64,000 nucleotides of DNA from an uncultured Gemmatimonadales bacterium (GTDB taxonomy: Bacteria > Gemmatimonadota > Gemmatimonadetes > Palauibacterales > Palauibacteraceae), in assembly GCA_963783385.1 (NCBI GenBank), contig CAWANJ010000009.1, forward strand, positions 224,001 through 288,000, in the 5' to 3' direction. The notes under the pieces were generated by a model. It did not search any database, was not told where the DNA came from, and saw nothing but the letters and a program-made list of their open reading frames with translations. The position numbers and the translations under genes were made by a program. Positions 9,680-21,822 of the stretch are shown here, one piece after another; position 1 is the first letter of the stretch, and every line of letters starts with the position of its first letter.

Positions 9680-12082
9680 TCACCGCGGCGGGACCACCTG
9701 CACCTCGAAGTCGCGGCCCTCCCACCGGTCGGCCTCGGTCCAGTGGAACGTGAAGGTGAGCGGGGCGCCGTCGGCCTTCCCGCCCTGCAGGTCGACGTAG
9801 TGGAGCCCGAGCGCCGTCGCCGTGGCGTCCGTGTCCCGGACCGTGGTCCAGCCGTCGTCGCTCCACCGGAGGCGGAAGGGCGCGGCCGCCACGATCCGGA
9901 GCTCCCATCCCTCGGGAACCGTCCGGGGCTGCCGGTTGAACTTCCACACCTCCAGGGGGCGGCAGTCCTTCCGGTTCACGTACCGGTCCCGCACGGCCGG
10001 GATCACGTCGAACACCTCTCCATCGGCCGCCGAGCGCAGCAGCTTCACGTACTCGCCGTGCGCCCACATGAGTGGCATGGCCGAACCGGTAGGGCAGCCC
10101 CGGAACAGAAACGCCTCGGGCACATCGTCGGCGTCCCACACCTGCTCCGGCAGGAGCCCGGTCGTGCTCGAGAATCCCTCCATGGCCGCGATGTAGGGGG
10201 CCGGGTCACGGCCGGCCGCGAGCTCGTAATGGCCCCTCTCGCCCGTGAGGAGCGGCCAGGCGCGCCCCCGGCCCCAGCTCAGGTACGGTCCCCCGTCGTC
10301 CCGCTGGCCGTAGCCATCGTGGTTGTATCGGTGCCAGCACGGGCCGAAGGGGGTCTCCACCCGGAGCACGGCGTCGACCACCCGAAGGGAGTCCTCGAAC
10401 AGGGGATCGCCGGCCGGGAAGATGCCGTAGCGGACCAGCTCGAGGAAGCCCGCGTCCACGACCTTCTCGGCGGGAAAGCGGACGGGCGTCCCGGGAGGAC
10501 GGTTGGCGATGGTCACGGTGCGCCCGTCCGGGCTCTCGGGCGGGTGGGGATCGTCGGGGTCGGCCGGGTTCACCCGCACGAAGTGGCGCGGGACGTCGGG
10601 CAGCAGGTCGCCGTGCTCGGTGACGGTCCACCGCGTCACGTGGCAGTGCAGGAAGTCGGCGTAAGCCTCGAGGAAGTCGGCCGTGGTCGCGTCGCCCCGC
10701 GCGCGCGCCATGCACGAGGCGCAGGTGAGCGCCGCGATGTTCGAGGCGAGGGTGGAGGGGGAGTAGCCGGACACCTCCTCCCAGCGGTCCTGGGGCGTCA
10801 CCGGGCCCTCGCGCATCAGGTAAGCTGCCGCGTCCAGCACCATGGGGTACGGGTCGAAGCCCTCGAGCGCACCCAGGGTGTCGAGCCGCCACGCCAGCAG
10901 GATGGGAAACGCGGTCTCGTCCAGCTGGATCCCCTGCCAGTACGCCGTGCCGTCCAGCCAGAAGTTCTGGTTGAAGCCCCCGTCGGGGCGCTGCACGCCG
11001 GCCAGGTAGATGAGGGCCCGGAGAGGAGTGGACACGTTGCCGGAGGCGAGGAGGGCGGTGGCGCTGTTCACCATGTCCCGGGTCCACACGAGGTGGTAGC
11101 CGCCCAGGTCGTCGTCGCCCATGTAGTCGCCCCACGGGATGCTGAGCGAGGCGATGAGAGCGCCCGGATAGGTCTTGTCCTCGTGGGCGAGCAGGAGGCT
11201 GTGGCTTCGCTCGTACAGGTGGCCCCCGTCCCCGGAGGCTCCTCCCAGGGAAATCATGTCATGGCACGCCCGGGTCCACTGGTCCTGGAAGCGGTCCAGC
11301 AGCTCCTCGGGATCCAGGGCGAGAGACTCGAGGAGCACGGTGATGGCGGCCTGCAGGCTGTCGCCGAAGGCGAGCCCCAGCGTGAACGGCTCGCCGGGGA
11401 CGAACTCGATCTGTCCGGTGACGGCCGTGTTGCCGTCCGGAGCCGAGTCGTACTCCCATTCCATGTCCATGTCATCGGACAGGTCCGTCCAGCCGTCCGA
11501 CGTGCCGACGTATCCGCACGACGTCCGGGCCAGGGGCACCGTGGCTCCGAGGGCGAGCCACGTGCCGCCCCGATGGGCGGTGAGGATGGTCCGTCCGGCC
11601 GCGCGCGCCACGTTCGCCGTGTTGTGTCGACCGCCCACGTCGAGGTGCGGGGCCAGGAGGGCGTAGAGCTTCGCCTCTCCCTCGATCCCCTCCGCCGGCT
11701 CGAACCAGGTCCGGGTGAGGACACAGGGAGCGTGCGGATCGGCGAACAGCTCCTTGACGATCCGGTAGCGGCCCTCAGGGTCCTGGTTCACGATCCGGTA
11801 GCCGAGAGGGTGCCCGTCGAGCGACTCCATGTGAGTGTCGGTGTTCCGGCGCTCGTCGTGGAAGAAGCTGTGCCCGTCGGTGACCATGAACTGGAGGTCC
11901 CTGATCTGGGGCCGGTCGATGGTGGGGAAGTAGACCTCGTTCAGGATCCCGGCCGATACGGTGAACCACACCTTGCTCGACACGGCGTACGCGGTTCCGA
12001 CGCCCTCCTTCGCGCTACGGGTCCAGCGCGGCTCGATGCCGGGGGCGCCGTGCGCCGGCTTCGAGTGCTTGAGATCGGCCAT
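9680..12082 (-). CDS. glucan 1,4-alpha-glucosidase (GH15 glucoamylase/glucodextranase-like)
   Basis: [41 protein letters not shown]; N-terminal beta domain and C-terminal CBM-like extension. Confidence 0.92.
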   Translation of the reverse strand: MADLKHSKPAHGAPGIEPRWTRSAKEGVGTAYAVSSKVWFTVSAGILNEVYFPTIDRPQIRDLQFMVTDGHSFFHDERRNTDTHMESLDGHPLGYRIVNQDPEGRYRIVKELFADPHAPCVLTRTWFEPAEGIEGEAKLYALLAPHLDVGGRHNTANVARAAGRTILTAHRGGTWLALGATVPLARTSCGYVGTSDGWTDLSDDMDMEWEYDSAPDGNTAVTGQIEFVPGEPFTLGLAFGDSLQAAITVLLESLALDPEELLDRFQDQWTRACHDMISLGGASGDGGHLYERSHSLLLAHEDKTYPGALIASLSIPWGDYMGDDDLGGYHLVWTRDMVNSATALLASGNVSTPLRALIYLAGVQRPDGGFNQNFWLDGTAYWQGIQLDETAFPILLAWRLDTLGALEGFDPYPMVLDAAAYLMREGPVTPQDRWEEVSGYSPSTLASNIAALTCASCMARARGDATTADFLEAYADFLHCHVTRWTVTEHGDLLPDVPRHFVRVNPADPDDPHPPESPDGRTVTIANRPPGTPVRFPAEKVVDAGFLELVRYGIFPAGDPLFEDSLRVVDAVLRVETPFGPCWHRYNHDGYGQRDDGGPYLSWGRGRAWPLLTGERGHYELAAGRDPAPYIAAMEGFSSTTGLLPEQVWDADDVPEAFLFRGCPTGSAMPLMWAHGEYVKLLRSAADGEVFDVIPAVRDRYVNRKDCRPLEVWKFNRQPRTVPEGWELRIVAAAPFRLRWSDDGWTTVRDTDATATALGLHYVDLQGGKADGAPLTFTFHWTEADRWEGRDFEVQVVPPR

Positions 12083-12263
12083 CCGTCCTCCCTATCGTTG
12101 ACACGCCGGCGACCCCCCGTTCCCCCGGGGCGCGCCGGACGGGCGTGGCGCCTCCGGCGCAAATCCTGCGCCCGCGCGAAAGTGCGAGGGCCCGCGCCGC
12201 CACGCCGCCTGGCGGGTGCCGCGGGAGACCAGGAACCGCAGGACGGAGGACGCGATCTCACCC

Positions 12264-14250
12264 GTGACCACTGTGCCCGATGACGGCCGACGGAGAGTCG
12301 TGATCGAGGGTGTCGAGCCGCAGATCGAGGCGGGCCGCCACCCCATCAAGCGGGTGGCGGGGGACCCGGTCACGGTCAGGGCCGACGTGTTCGCCGACGG
12401 CCACGAGCAGGTGACCTGCGAGCTCCTCCACCGGCCAGCCGAGCGTCCGGAGCTGGCGCTCGGTGCGCATGCATCCGCTGGGCAACGACCGCTTCGAGGC
12501 CAGCTTCGAGACCTCCGCCGTGGGTGAGCACCTGTACACGGTGCGGGGCCGGGTCGACGCGTTCTCCACGTGGCGCGACGACCTCGAGAAGAGGGTCGAC
12601 GCCGGACAGGTGGTCGACCAGGAGCTGCTCGTCGGCGCCTCGCTGGTCGAGTCGGCGGCCGCGCGCGCCCGCGAAGCGGGACACCCCGGCGAGGCGGATC
12701 GGCTGACCGAGCTGGCGGCGCGGATCGCACGGAACGGAGGGACCGCCTCCGCGCTCGAGAACAGCCTCTCGGTGGCCCTGAGCGCCGAGCTCTCCCACCT
12801 GATGGCCGACCACCCGGACGACGCCCATGCCACGCTCTACGAGCGCGAGCTGCGCGTGACCGTGGACCGGGAGCGCGCCGGATTCAGCGCATGGTACGAG
12901 CTGTTTCCCCGGTCGTGCGCCGGGGAGCCGGGACGGCACGGGACCTTCCGTGACGTCGAGCGTCTCCTGCCCCGCGTCGGCGACATGGGCTTCGACGTGC
13001 TCTACCTGCCGCCGATCCACCCGATCGGCAGGACGAATCGCAAAGGGCCTGACAACCGGTCGGAGGCGCGTCCGGGCGACCCGGGAAGCCCCTGGGCCAT
13101 CGGCTCGAGGGAGGGCGGCCACAAGGCGGTCCACCCCGACCTGGGCACCATCGAGGACTTCGAGGCCCTGGTCGAGTCCGCCCGGACGGAAGGACTGGAG
13201 ATAGCCCTCGACCTGGCGTTCCAGTGCTCCCCGGACCATCCGTACGTGCGCGACCACCCCGAATGGTTCCGGCATCGGCCCGACGGGTCGATCCGGCACG
13301 CCGAGAACCCGCCCAAGCGGTACGAGGACATCGTGCCCTTCGACTTCGAGTGCGAAACGTGGCGGGCTCTCTGGGAGGAGCTGCTGTCGGTGGTGAGGTT
13401 CTGGATGGCGCGGGGTGTCCGCATCTTCCGCGTGGACAACCCCCATACCAAGCCGTTCGCGTTCTGGGAATGGCTCCTGGGCCGCGTGCGGGAGACCGAC
13501 CCGGATGTTCTCTTCCTCTCCGAGGCCTTCACGCGTCCCAGGGTCATGTATCGGCTGGCCGCCCTCGGCATGACGCAGTCCTACACCTACTTCACGTGGC
13601 GGAACCACAAGGCGGAGCTCCAAGAGTACTTCACCGAGCTCGCCGCTTCGCCCGTGCGGGAGTACTTCAGGCCCAACCTGTGGCCCAACACACCCGACAT
13701 CCTGCATGAGTACCTGCAGTCGGGCGGACCTCCGGCCTTCAGGGTGCGTGCCCTCCTGGCCGCCACGCTGGCGGCCAACTGGGGCATCTACGGCCCGGCC
13801 TTCGAGCTGTGCGAGAACGTACCGCGCCAGGCGGGCAGCGAGGAGTATCTGCACTCGGACAAGTACGAGATCCGGGTGCGGCAGGAGGGAGACCCCCACG
13901 GCGTCGCGGCTCTCGTCGGCCGGCTCAACCGCATCCGCCGCGAGCATCCCGCGCTCCGGAGCGACCGGGGCCTGGTCTTCCACGAGGTCGACGATGACCA
14001 GCTGCTGGCTTACAGCAGGTGCGACGCGGACGGGAAGGACCGCCTCCTGGTCGTCGTGAACCTGGATCCGTTCCACGCTCACGAGGGCTTCGTCGAGCTG
14101 GACTTCGAGCCGCTCCACCTCGGGGTGGACGCCGATGTCCGGGTCGAGGACCTGCTCACCGGAGAGTCGTTCGCGTGGCACGGCGCCCGCAACTGGGTGA
14201 GGCTCGACCCGGCCGAGCGCCTGGGCCATCTGTTCCGGGTGGAGGGCTAG
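12264..14250 (+). CDS. glgE: alpha-1,4-glucan:maltose-1-phosphate maltosyltransferase (frameshift near 12430-12453 in this sequence)
   Basis: N-terminus RVVIEGVEPQIEAGRHPIKR...DVFADGH is in one frame; WRSVRMHPLGNDRF...WYELFPRS, YLPPIHPIG, RVDNPHTKP, LSEAFT, NTPDIL are in the next frame. Confidence 0.92.
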
Positions 14251-17200
14251 GTGGCATCCGAGGGGGAGTGGTACCGTGACGCGGTCCTGTACGAGGTGCC
14301 CGTGCGTGCCTTCCGGGACAGCGATGGGGATGGCATCGGCGACTTTCGGGGGCTGACGTCGCGGCTCGGGTACCTCGAGGAGCTCGGAGTGACCGCCCTG
14401 TGGATCCTGCCCTTCTATCCGTCACCGCTCCGGGACAATGGGTACGACATCGCGGACTACCGGGACGTGCACCCGGACTACGGCACCCTGGACGACTTCC
14501 GCACCTTCCTCGGGGAGGCGCACCGGCGCGGCCTGCGGGTGGTCACCGAGCTCGTCATGAACCACACGTCCGACCGGCACGCCTGGTTCGAGCGTGCGCG
14601 GCACGCGCCTCCGGGGAGCCCGGAGCGCGAGTTCTACGTATGGAGCGACACCCCGGACCGCTATGCCGAGGCCCGCATCATCTTCCAGGACTTCGAGGAC
14701 TCGAACTGGAGCTGGGACCCCGTGGCCGGGGCCTACTACTGGCACCGGTTCTATTCGCACCAGCCGGACCTGAACTTCGACAATCCCCGGGTGCGGGAGG
14801 AGATCCTCGGGGTGATGGACTTCTGGTTCGGGATGGGGGTGGATGGCATGCGACTCGACGCGGTCCCCTACCTGTTCGAGCGCGAGGGCACGAACTGCGA
14901 GAACCTACCGGAAACGCACGCGTTCCTGCGTGACCTCCGCCGACACGTGGACGAGCGCTTCCCCGGTCGCATGCTTCTCGCCGAGGCCAACCAGTGGCCC
15001 GAGGACGCCGTGGCCTACTTCGGGGACGGCGACGAGTGCCACATGGCCTTCCACTTCCCGCTCATGCCGCGGCTGTTCATGGGGATCCGGATGGAAGACC
15101 GGTTCCCGATCGAGGACATCCTCGAGCAGACCCCCCGGATCCCGGAGTCCGCCCAGTGGGCGGTCTTCCTCCGTAACCACGATGAGCTCACGCTCGAGAT
15201 GGTCACGGACGAGGAGCGGGACTACATGTACCGCGTATACGCCAGCCAGCGGCGGGCCCGCATCAACCTGGGCATCCGTCGGCGCCTGGCACCGCTGCTG
15301 AGCAACAACCGCCGCAAGATCGAGCTGATGTACGGCCTGCTCCTCTCCCTGCCGGGGAGCCCGGTCCTCTACTACGGGGACGAGATCGGCATGGGCGACA
15401 ACATCTACCTGGGGGACCGCAACGGAGTGCGCACGCCCATGCAGTGGAGCGGCAACCGCAACGCCGGCTTCTCCGATGCCAATCCCCAGCGGCTCTACCT
15501 TCCCGTCATCTCCGACCCGGAATACCGGTACGAGGCCGTCAACGTGGAGTCGCAGGAGCACAACCCGAGCTCCCTCCTGTGGTGGGTCCGCCGCCTGGTG
15601 AACCTGCGCCGACGGCATCCCGCCTTCGGCCGGGGCGGGCTCACGACCGTGGATTCCGGGAACCCCAAGGTGCTCGCTTTCTCGCGGGAGTACGACGGCG
15701 AGCGGCTCCTGGTGGCAGCCAACCTCTCCCGCTTCGCCCAGCAGGCGGCCATCGACCTGTCGGCCGAGGAGGGCCGGGTCCCGGTCGAGTTGTTCGGGGG
15801 CTCGCCGTTTCCGCGGATCGACGGCCGACCCTACCCCCTGACCCTGGGTCCGCACGCCTTCTACTGGTTCGTGCTGCAGTCGACGGACGAGACGACACGG
15901 GTCGAGCCGGGACCCGAAGATGGTGGGCTGCGCGAGCCCCTGCCGCCCTCGGCGTCCGCGGGCGCGAGGGCACCCGTCGTGGCGGCCCCGACCGGAGAGG
16001 AGCTGCTGCGCGGTGGCGGCCGGCCCGGTCTCGAGATCGTCCTACCCGGCTTCGTGGAGGCGTGTCGTTGGTTCGGAGGCAAGGGGGGGCGCGTCCGAGC
16101 GGTCCGGATCGTCGAGTCGATCCCCCTGGATTCCGGGGAAGGCGCCGCGCTGGCCCTGGTGGTCGCGGAGGTGGACACCGACGAGGAGGAGGGCGAGCGC
16201 TACCTCCTCCCGCTACAGGTGTCCGTGGGGGAGGAGGCCGGGGCGGTGCGATCCGAGCGCCCCGAGGCCATCGTGGCGGAAGCGCGGGTGGATGGCACCG
16301 ACGGCGTGGTGCTGGACGCGCTCGCCTCGCCGCCGGCCTGCGCGCGGCTCCTGGACCTCATCCGGACGGAAGGAAGGCGCGCCGGCCGGCGGGGCGTCCT
16401 GGAGGGCCTGAGACTTCCAGCCTTCGCCGGGCTGGATGGCGAGGGCCCGCCCCCCGAGGGCCGAGTCCTGTCCACGGAACAGAGCAACAGCTCGGTCCGC
16501 TACGGCGACCGCTTCCTGCTCAAGCTGTTCCGGCACGTGGAGGAAGGCGTCAATCCGGACCTGGAGGTGTCACGGTTCCTGTCGGAGCACGGCTTCCGCC
16601 ACGCCCCGCCGGCGGCTGGCGCCCTCGTGTACCGTAGGACCGAAGGCGAGGAGGCCACGGTGGCCTTCCTGGCGGGGTTCGTGGAGAGTCGGGGAGACGC
16701 GTGGACGTACACGCTCGAATCCCTGGGGCGCTTCTTCGAGCGGGTGCTGGCCGACGGACGTCACGAGCCCGAGGATGCGCCGTACCAGGCTCGGGCACTG
16801 CTGGCGCTCGCCGACGCCGAGGTGCCGGTCCGCGAGCAGGAGTGGATCGGCGCCTACCTCGAGTCCGCCCGGCTGCTGGGCCGTCGGACGGCCGAACTGC
16901 ACGCGATCCTGGCTTCGGACCCGGCCGACCCGGACTTTGCGCCGGAGCCGTTCTCGGCCCTCTACCGGCGATCCCTGTACCAGTCCGCCCGCAACCTCGT
17001 GGGCCGCACCTTCCGAAGCCTGGGTCACCGCGCGGGCAGCCTGCCCGAGGAGGCCGGGCGGCAGGCCCTCCGACTCCGGGGCAAGCGGGACGTGCTCCTG
17101 GAGCGCTTCCGCGGGCTCACCGAGCGACGGATCGACGCCACCCGGATCCGCTGCCACGGCGATTACCACCTGGGGCAGGTGCTGAGCACGGGCAAGGACT

Positions 17201-17640
17201 TCGTCATCCTGGACTTCGAGGGGGAGCCTGCCCGACCGGTGGGAACGCGCAGGATCAAGCGGTCCGCTCTCACCGATGTGGCCGGCATGCTGCGGTCGTT
17301 GCACTACGCCGGCCACGCGGCCCTCCGGCGGGCCGATGCCACCGGACTGGCGGGAGCCGGCACCCGGGACCGGCTGCTCCCGTGGGCGAGCTTCTGGACT
17401 TCGCGCGTGGGCGCCGCCTTCCTGGGAGCCTATCTCACCAGCTTGGGCGAGGCGGCCTTCCTGCCGACCGACGTGGCGGACACGGCCTGGCTCCTCGATC
17501 TCCACATGCTCGAGAAGGCCGTGTACGAGCTGGGCTACGAGCTGTCCCATCGCCCGGACTGGGTGCCGATTCCGGTCGAGGGAATCCTGGACCTGCTGGA
17601 CGCGGGCGAGACGTCCGCGAGCGGAACACGGAAGGGGTGA
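14251..17640 (+). CDS. treS: trehalose synthase (GH13_16) fused to maltokinase (Mak/Pep2)
   Basis: [29 protein letters not shown]; C-terminal kinase [25 protein letters not shown]; 1129 aa. Confidence 0.96.
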   Translation: MASEGEWYRDAVLYEVPVRAFRDSDGDGIGDFRGLTSRLGYLEELGVTALWILPFYPSPLRDNGYDIADYRDVHPDYGTLDDFRTFLGEAHRRGLRVVTELVMNHTSDRHAWFERARHAPPGSPEREFYVWSDTPDRYAEARIIFQDFEDSNWSWDPVAGAYYWHRFYSHQPDLNFDNPRVREEILGVMDFWFGMGVDGMRLDAVPYLFEREGTNCENLPETHAFLRDLRRHVDERFPGRMLLAEANQWPEDAVAYFGDGDECHMAFHFPLMPRLFMGIRMEDRFPIEDILEQTPRIPESAQWAVFLRNHDELTLEMVTDEERDYMYRVYASQRRARINLGIRRRLAPLLSNNRRKIELMYGLLLSLPGSPVLYYGDEIGMGDNIYLGDRNGVRTPMQWSGNRNAGFSDANPQRLYLPVISDPEYRYEAVNVESQEHNPSSLLWWVRRLVNLRRRHPAFGRGGLTTVDSGNPKVLAFSREYDGERLLVAANLSRFAQQAAIDLSAEEGRVPVELFGGSPFPRIDGRPYPLTLGPHAFYWFVLQSTDETTRVEPGPEDGGLREPLPPSASAGARAPVVAAPTGEELLRGGGRPGLEIVLPGFVEACRWFGGKGGRVRAVRIVESIPLDSGEGAALALVVAEVDTDEEEGERYLLPLQVSVGEEAGAVRSERPEAIVAEARVDGTDGVVLDALASPPACARLLDLIRTEGRRAGRRGVLEGLRLPAFAGLDGEGPPPEGRVLSTEQSNSSVRYGDRFLLKLFRHVEEGVNPDLEVSRFLSEHGFRHAPPAAGALVYRRTEGEEATVAFLAGFVESRGDAWTYTLESLGRFFERVLADGRHEPEDAPYQARALLALADAEVPVREQEWIGAYLESARLLGRRTAELHAILASDPADPDFAPEPFSALYRRSLYQSARNLVGRTFRSLGHRAGSLPEEAGRQALRLRGKRDVLLERFRGLTERRIDATRIRCHGDYHLGQVLSTGKDFVILDFEGEPARPVGTRRIKRSALTDVAGMLRSLHYAGHAALRRADATGLAGAGTRDRLLPWASFWTSRVGAAFLGAYLTSLGEAAFLPTDVADTAWLLDLHMLEKAVYELGYELSHRPDWVPIPVEGILDLLDAGETSASGTRKG

Positions 17641-17656
17641 AGGAGGTGCAACCGGG

Positions 17657-19912
17657 GTGAGCTCGCGCATGCGGGGGGTGGGGACACGGCTGGCCGAGCT
17701 GTGCAGGCTGTACGGGGTCGTCGTCGACTACCGGGACGTCGCCGGTCGGAGCTGCCGACCGCCGCGGGAGTCCCTGTGGGCGGTGCTGCGCGGCCTCGGC
17801 GCCCGGCTGCCGGCCGGGCGCGCCCCCGGGGAGGCCGAGGTGCGCGACGCGCTGCGCGTGCGACGCCGGGAGCTGGCCGAGCGGCCGATGCCCCCCGTCG
17901 TGGTGGCGTGGGACGGTCGCCTTCCATGCCTCCGCCTGCGCGTGCCCGATGACCCGTTCCCGGCGCCGCTGGCTCTCCACGTGGAGCTTGCGGGGGGCGA
18001 GGAGCGCCGCATCGAGGTCGCGGGCGGCGGGCCGGTCATCGGTCGCCGGGAGGTGGAGGGACGCCGGCTCGCGGTTCGGCACGTCCGCCCGGAGCGAGAT
18101 GGAGACGCCCCTCTCCCACCGGGGCTCCACGGCCTTAGGGTCGCGGCGGCATCCGGGAACGGGTCCGGACCCGAGATCGCCCGGGCGCCGCTGGTCAGCG
18201 CTCCTTCCCGCACGTGGCCGGTCGTCGGCGGCGCGGCCGTCGGCGCGGATCCGGCGGCGTGGGCCGTCTTCCTCCCGCTGTACGCGTTGCGTGCCCGGGG
18301 AACGGCCGGGGTCGGCGACTACGGCGCGCTGGCGCGACTGGGCGGCTGGGCGGCTCGCCGCGGCGCCTCGCGCCTGGCCACCCTTCCGCTCCTTCCCCTG
18401 TTCCTCGACGAACCGTTCGACCCGAGCCCGTACGCCCCGGTGAGCCGCCTGTTCTGGACCGAGCTCTACCTGGACCTGGAGGATGCCTGCGACCGGGCCG
18501 ACTCGCGCGCTGCCCGGGACCTGCTGCGGTCCGACGGCTTCGCCCGCCGCCGGGCGGCGCTCGAGTCACGCGTGGATGTGGACTACCGGGCGGCCGCCGC
18601 CCTGCGCCGCGATCTCCTGGATCGGGTGATGACGGAGCCGGGTGGGGTGCGGGGGCTGTCTGAGCGGGTTCCCGCCCTGGGCCGCTTCCTACGGGAGCGC
18701 CGCGGAGCCGCGGACTTCGCGGCCTTCCTGGCGGCGTGCGAGCGCCACCGCGCTCCATGGCGAGGCTGGCCGACACCGGCGCGCGATGCTCCGCTGCGGC
18801 GCGAGGGCCTGGTGGCCGGGCGCGACTTCGACCCGGCGGCGCGGGACCGTCATCTGGTGGGTCAGTGGCTGGCCGTGGAGCAGGTCGACGCCGTGGTGGA
18901 ACGCGGCCGGAGGGAGGGGTTCGGCCTGTTCCTGGACCTTCCGCTCTCGGTGCACCCGGACGGCTACGACGTGTGGCGCGAGCGCGAGCTGTTCGCGGAG
19001 GCGATGTCGGTGGGAGCGCCCCCCGACGCCTTCTTCGCGGAAGGACAGGACTGGGGCTTCCCGCCGCCCGTCCCGCACGCGATGCGCCGGTCGGGGTACG
19101 CCTACTTGCGCGCGAGCCTCGCGCACTCGATGGGTCCGGCCCGGGCGCTGCGGATCGATCACGTCATGGGCCTGCACAGGCTGTTCTGGATTCCGCGAGG
19201 CGCGAAGCCGGAGGACGGGGTGTACGTGCGCTATCCGTCCCGGGAGCAATACGCCCTCCTCTCGCTCGCCTCGCACCGTCATGGTGCCGAGGTGATCGGC
19301 GAGGACCTTGGCACCGTCCCGGAGGCCGTGCGTGGAGCGATGGATCGCCACGGGGTCGGACGTCTGTTCGTGGTGCCGTTCGAGCTGGATCCCGATCGGT
19401 CTCCGGTCCTGCGCGAGCCTCCGCCCGGATCGGTGGCCATGGTCGACACGCACGACACGTGGCCTTTCGCCGGCTGGTGGGACGGCGCGGACATCGAGGG
19501 CCGCGTGGGGCTCGGCATGCTGGATCCGTCGGAGGTCGACCGGGCCCTGGAGCGGCGGGCCCTGGAGCGGCGCGCCCTGGTCGACTGGCTTGCGGAGCGC
19601 GGGTTGATCGAAGCCGGCGAAGGGGCGACGCCGGGCGGCGTGCTGACCGCCTGCCTCGAGGCCCTTGGGCGGGCGGAGGCCGGCACCGTGGTGGCGAGCC
19701 TCGAGGATTTGTGGCTGGAGACGCGGCCTCAGAACATACCGGGTGCGCCCGGCGCGGCCCGGAGCTGGCGGCGGCGCGCGGGCGTCCCTCTCGAGGAGCT
19801 GGACGACCGCGTCGAGGTGACGGCGGCGCTGCGACGGCTGGCGAAGGCCCGGCGGCAGGCCCGGGACGCGAGGGAGCATGGGGAGTGGGACGAGGACGGG
19901 AGCAGACGATGA
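17657..19912 (+). CDS. malQ: 4-alpha-glucanotransferase (GH77 amylomaltase)
   Basis: [44 protein letters not shown]; GTG start after AGGAGG. Confidence 0.93.
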   Translation: MSSRMRGVGTRLAELCRLYGVVVDYRDVAGRSCRPPRESLWAVLRGLGARLPAGRAPGEAEVRDALRVRRRELAERPMPPVVVAWDGRLPCLRLRVPDDPFPAPLALHVELAGGEERRIEVAGGGPVIGRREVEGRRLAVRHVRPERDGDAPLPPGLHGLRVAAASGNGSGPEIARAPLVSAPSRTWPVVGGAAVGADPAAWAVFLPLYALRARGTAGVGDYGALARLGGWAARRGASRLATLPLLPLFLDEPFDPSPYAPVSRLFWTELYLDLEDACDRADSRAARDLLRSDGFARRRAALESRVDVDYRAAAALRRDLLDRVMTEPGGVRGLSERVPALGRFLRERRGAADFAAFLAACERHRAPWRGWPTPARDAPLRREGLVAGRDFDPAARDRHLVGQWLAVEQVDAVVERGRREGFGLFLDLPLSVHPDGYDVWRERELFAEAMSVGAPPDAFFAEGQDWGFPPPVPHAMRRSGYAYLRASLAHSMGPARALRIDHVMGLHRLFWIPRGAKPEDGVYVRYPSREQYALLSLASHRHGAEVIGEDLGTVPEAVRGAMDRHGVGRLFVVPFELDPDRSPVLREPPPGSVAMVDTHDTWPFAGWWDGADIEGRVGLGMLDPSEVDRALERRALERRALVDWLAERGLIEAGEGATPGGVLTACLEALGRAEAGTVVASLEDLWLETRPQNIPGAPGAARSWRRRAGVPLEELDDRVEVTAALRRLAKARRQARDAREHGEWDEDGSRR

Positions 19913-21822
19913 CGGACGCGGTCGCCGCGGGAGGTCTCACGGACCGGGACATGTACCTGTTCAACGAGGGCACGCACGTCCGGCTCTGGGAGAGGCTCGG
20001 CGCCCACCTCGCCGAGTCGGGAGGAGCCGAGGGCGTGCGCTTCGCGGTGTGGGCTCCCAACGCCGAGCGAGTGACCGTCGTCGGCTCCTTCAACGAATGG
20101 GACGAGGAGGCCGATCCCCTGCGGACGCGGGGCTCCTCGGGCATCTGGGAGGGCTTCGTTCCGGGCGCCGGGCGCGGCGACCTGTACAAGTACCGGATCC
20201 ACTCCCGCGAAGCGGGCTACGTGGTGGACAAGGCCGATCCCGTCGGGTTCCGGCACGAGACGCCTCCGCGGACGGCTTCGGTCGTCTGGGACCTGGACTA
20301 CGACTGGGCGGACGGGGCGTGGATGCGCGGCCGCGGAGGGCGCCTGGGCCGGGACGCACCCGTCTCGGTGTACGAGGTCCACCTGGGCTCGTGGAGACGC
20401 GTGCCAGAGGAGGGCGGCCGCAGCCTGGGCTACCGTGAGATCGCGCCGCTCCTGGCCGACCACGTCGAGCGCATGGGCTTCACCCACGTGGAGCTGCTGC
20501 CCGTCATGGAGCACCCCTTCTACGGCTCCTGGGGCTACCAGACCACCGGTTACTTCGCTCCCACGTCGCGCTGGGGCTCCCCCCAGGACTTCATGGCGCT
20601 GATCGACCACCTGCACCAGCGCGGGATCGGCGTGATCCTGGACTGGGTGCCTTCCCACTTTCCCGGCGACGAGCACGGGCTCGGCTTCTTCGACGGAACG
20701 TACCTGTACGAGCACGCGGACCCCCGCCGGAGGATCCACCCGGACTGGGACAGCCTCATCTTCAACTACGGCCGGCACGAGGTGCGAAGCTTCCTGCTGT
20801 CGAGCGCGATGTTCTGGCTGGACGTCTATCACGCGGACGGCCTGCGCGTGGACGCCGTGGCCTCGATGCTCTACCTGGATTACTCGCGGGGGAACGGGGA
20901 GTGGACCCCCAATGTCGAGGGTGGCCGGGAGGACCTCGAAGCGATCGACTTCCTGCGCCGGCTCAACACGGCGGTGTACGCGGCCAGGCCCGCCGTACAG
21001 ACCATCGCGGAGGAGTCGACCGCCTTCCCGGGTGTGTCACGCCCGGTGCACGAGGGCGGCCTCGGGTTCGGCTACAAGTGGGACATGGGCTGGATGCACG
21101 ACACGCTGCAGTACATGGCGCGTGAGCCGGTGCACCGGAAGTACCACCACGACGAGCTCACCTTCCATTCCCTGTACGCCTTCTCCGAGAACTTCGTCCT
21201 GCCCCTCTCGCACGACGAGGTGGTGCACGGGAAGCGCTCGCTCCTGGACCGGATGCCCGGCGACCCGTGGCAGAAGTTCGCCAACCTCCGGCTCCTGTTC
21301 GGCTGGATGTTCGCGCAGCCGGGGAAGAAGCTCCTGTTCATGGGCTCGGAGCTGGCGCCCTGGGGCGAATGGAGCCACGAGGGGAGCCTGGACTGGCATC
21401 TGCTGGACGAGGGTGCGCACGGGGGCGTGCGCCGCTGGGTGGAGAGCCTGAACCGGCTGTACCGGGAGCGGCGCGCCCTCCACGCCCTGGACTGCGAGCC
21501 GGACGGGTTCGAGTGGATCGACGGTGGCGACCGGGAGAACAGCGTGGTGAGCTTCCTGCGCCTGGGCGGACCCGGAACCCGGCCCGTGCTCGTGGCGGCC
21601 AATTTCACCCCCGTGCCACGCGAGGCCTACCGCGTGGGCGTGCCGGGGGAGGGCTCCTGGAGGGTCGTGGCCGACAGCGATGCAGCCGAATTCGGAGGCA
21701 GCGGGGCGGGGTCGGCGGGCGTGATCGGGGCCGAGCCGATGGAGCGTCACGGCCGGGATCACTCGCTCTCCCTGGCTCTTCCGCCCCTCGGCATCCTCTT
21801 CCTGGTCCGCGAGGACGCGTGA
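19909..21822 (+). CDS. glgB: 1,4-alpha-glucan branching enzyme (short form)
   Basis: [53 protein letters not shown]; ATGA overlap with malQ. Confidence 0.97.
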   Translation: MTDAVAAGGLTDRDMYLFNEGTHVRLWERLGAHLAESGGAEGVRFAVWAPNAERVTVVGSFNEWDEEADPLRTRGSSGIWEGFVPGAGRGDLYKYRIHSREAGYVVDKADPVGFRHETPPRTASVVWDLDYDWADGAWMRGRGGRLGRDAPVSVYEVHLGSWRRVPEEGGRSLGYREIAPLLADHVERMGFTHVELLPVMEHPFYGSWGYQTTGYFAPTSRWGSPQDFMALIDHLHQRGIGVILDWVPSHFPGDEHGLGFFDGTYLYEHADPRRRIHPDWDSLIFNYGRHEVRSFLLSSAMFWLDVYHADGLRVDAVASMLYLDYSRGNGEWTPNVEGGREDLEAIDFLRRLNTAVYAARPAVQTIAEESTAFPGVSRPVHEGGLGFGYKWDMGWMHDTLQYMAREPVHRKYHHDELTFHSLYAFSENFVLPLSHDEVVHGKRSLLDRMPGDPWQKFANLRLLFGWMFAQPGKKLLFMGSELAPWGEWSHEGSLDWHLLDEGAHGGVRRWVESLNRLYRERRALHALDCEPDGFEWIDGGDRENSVVSFLRLGGPGTRPVLVAANFTPVPREAYRVGVPGEGSWRVVADSDAAEFGGSGAGSAGVIGAEPMERHGRDHSLSLALPPLGILFLVREDA

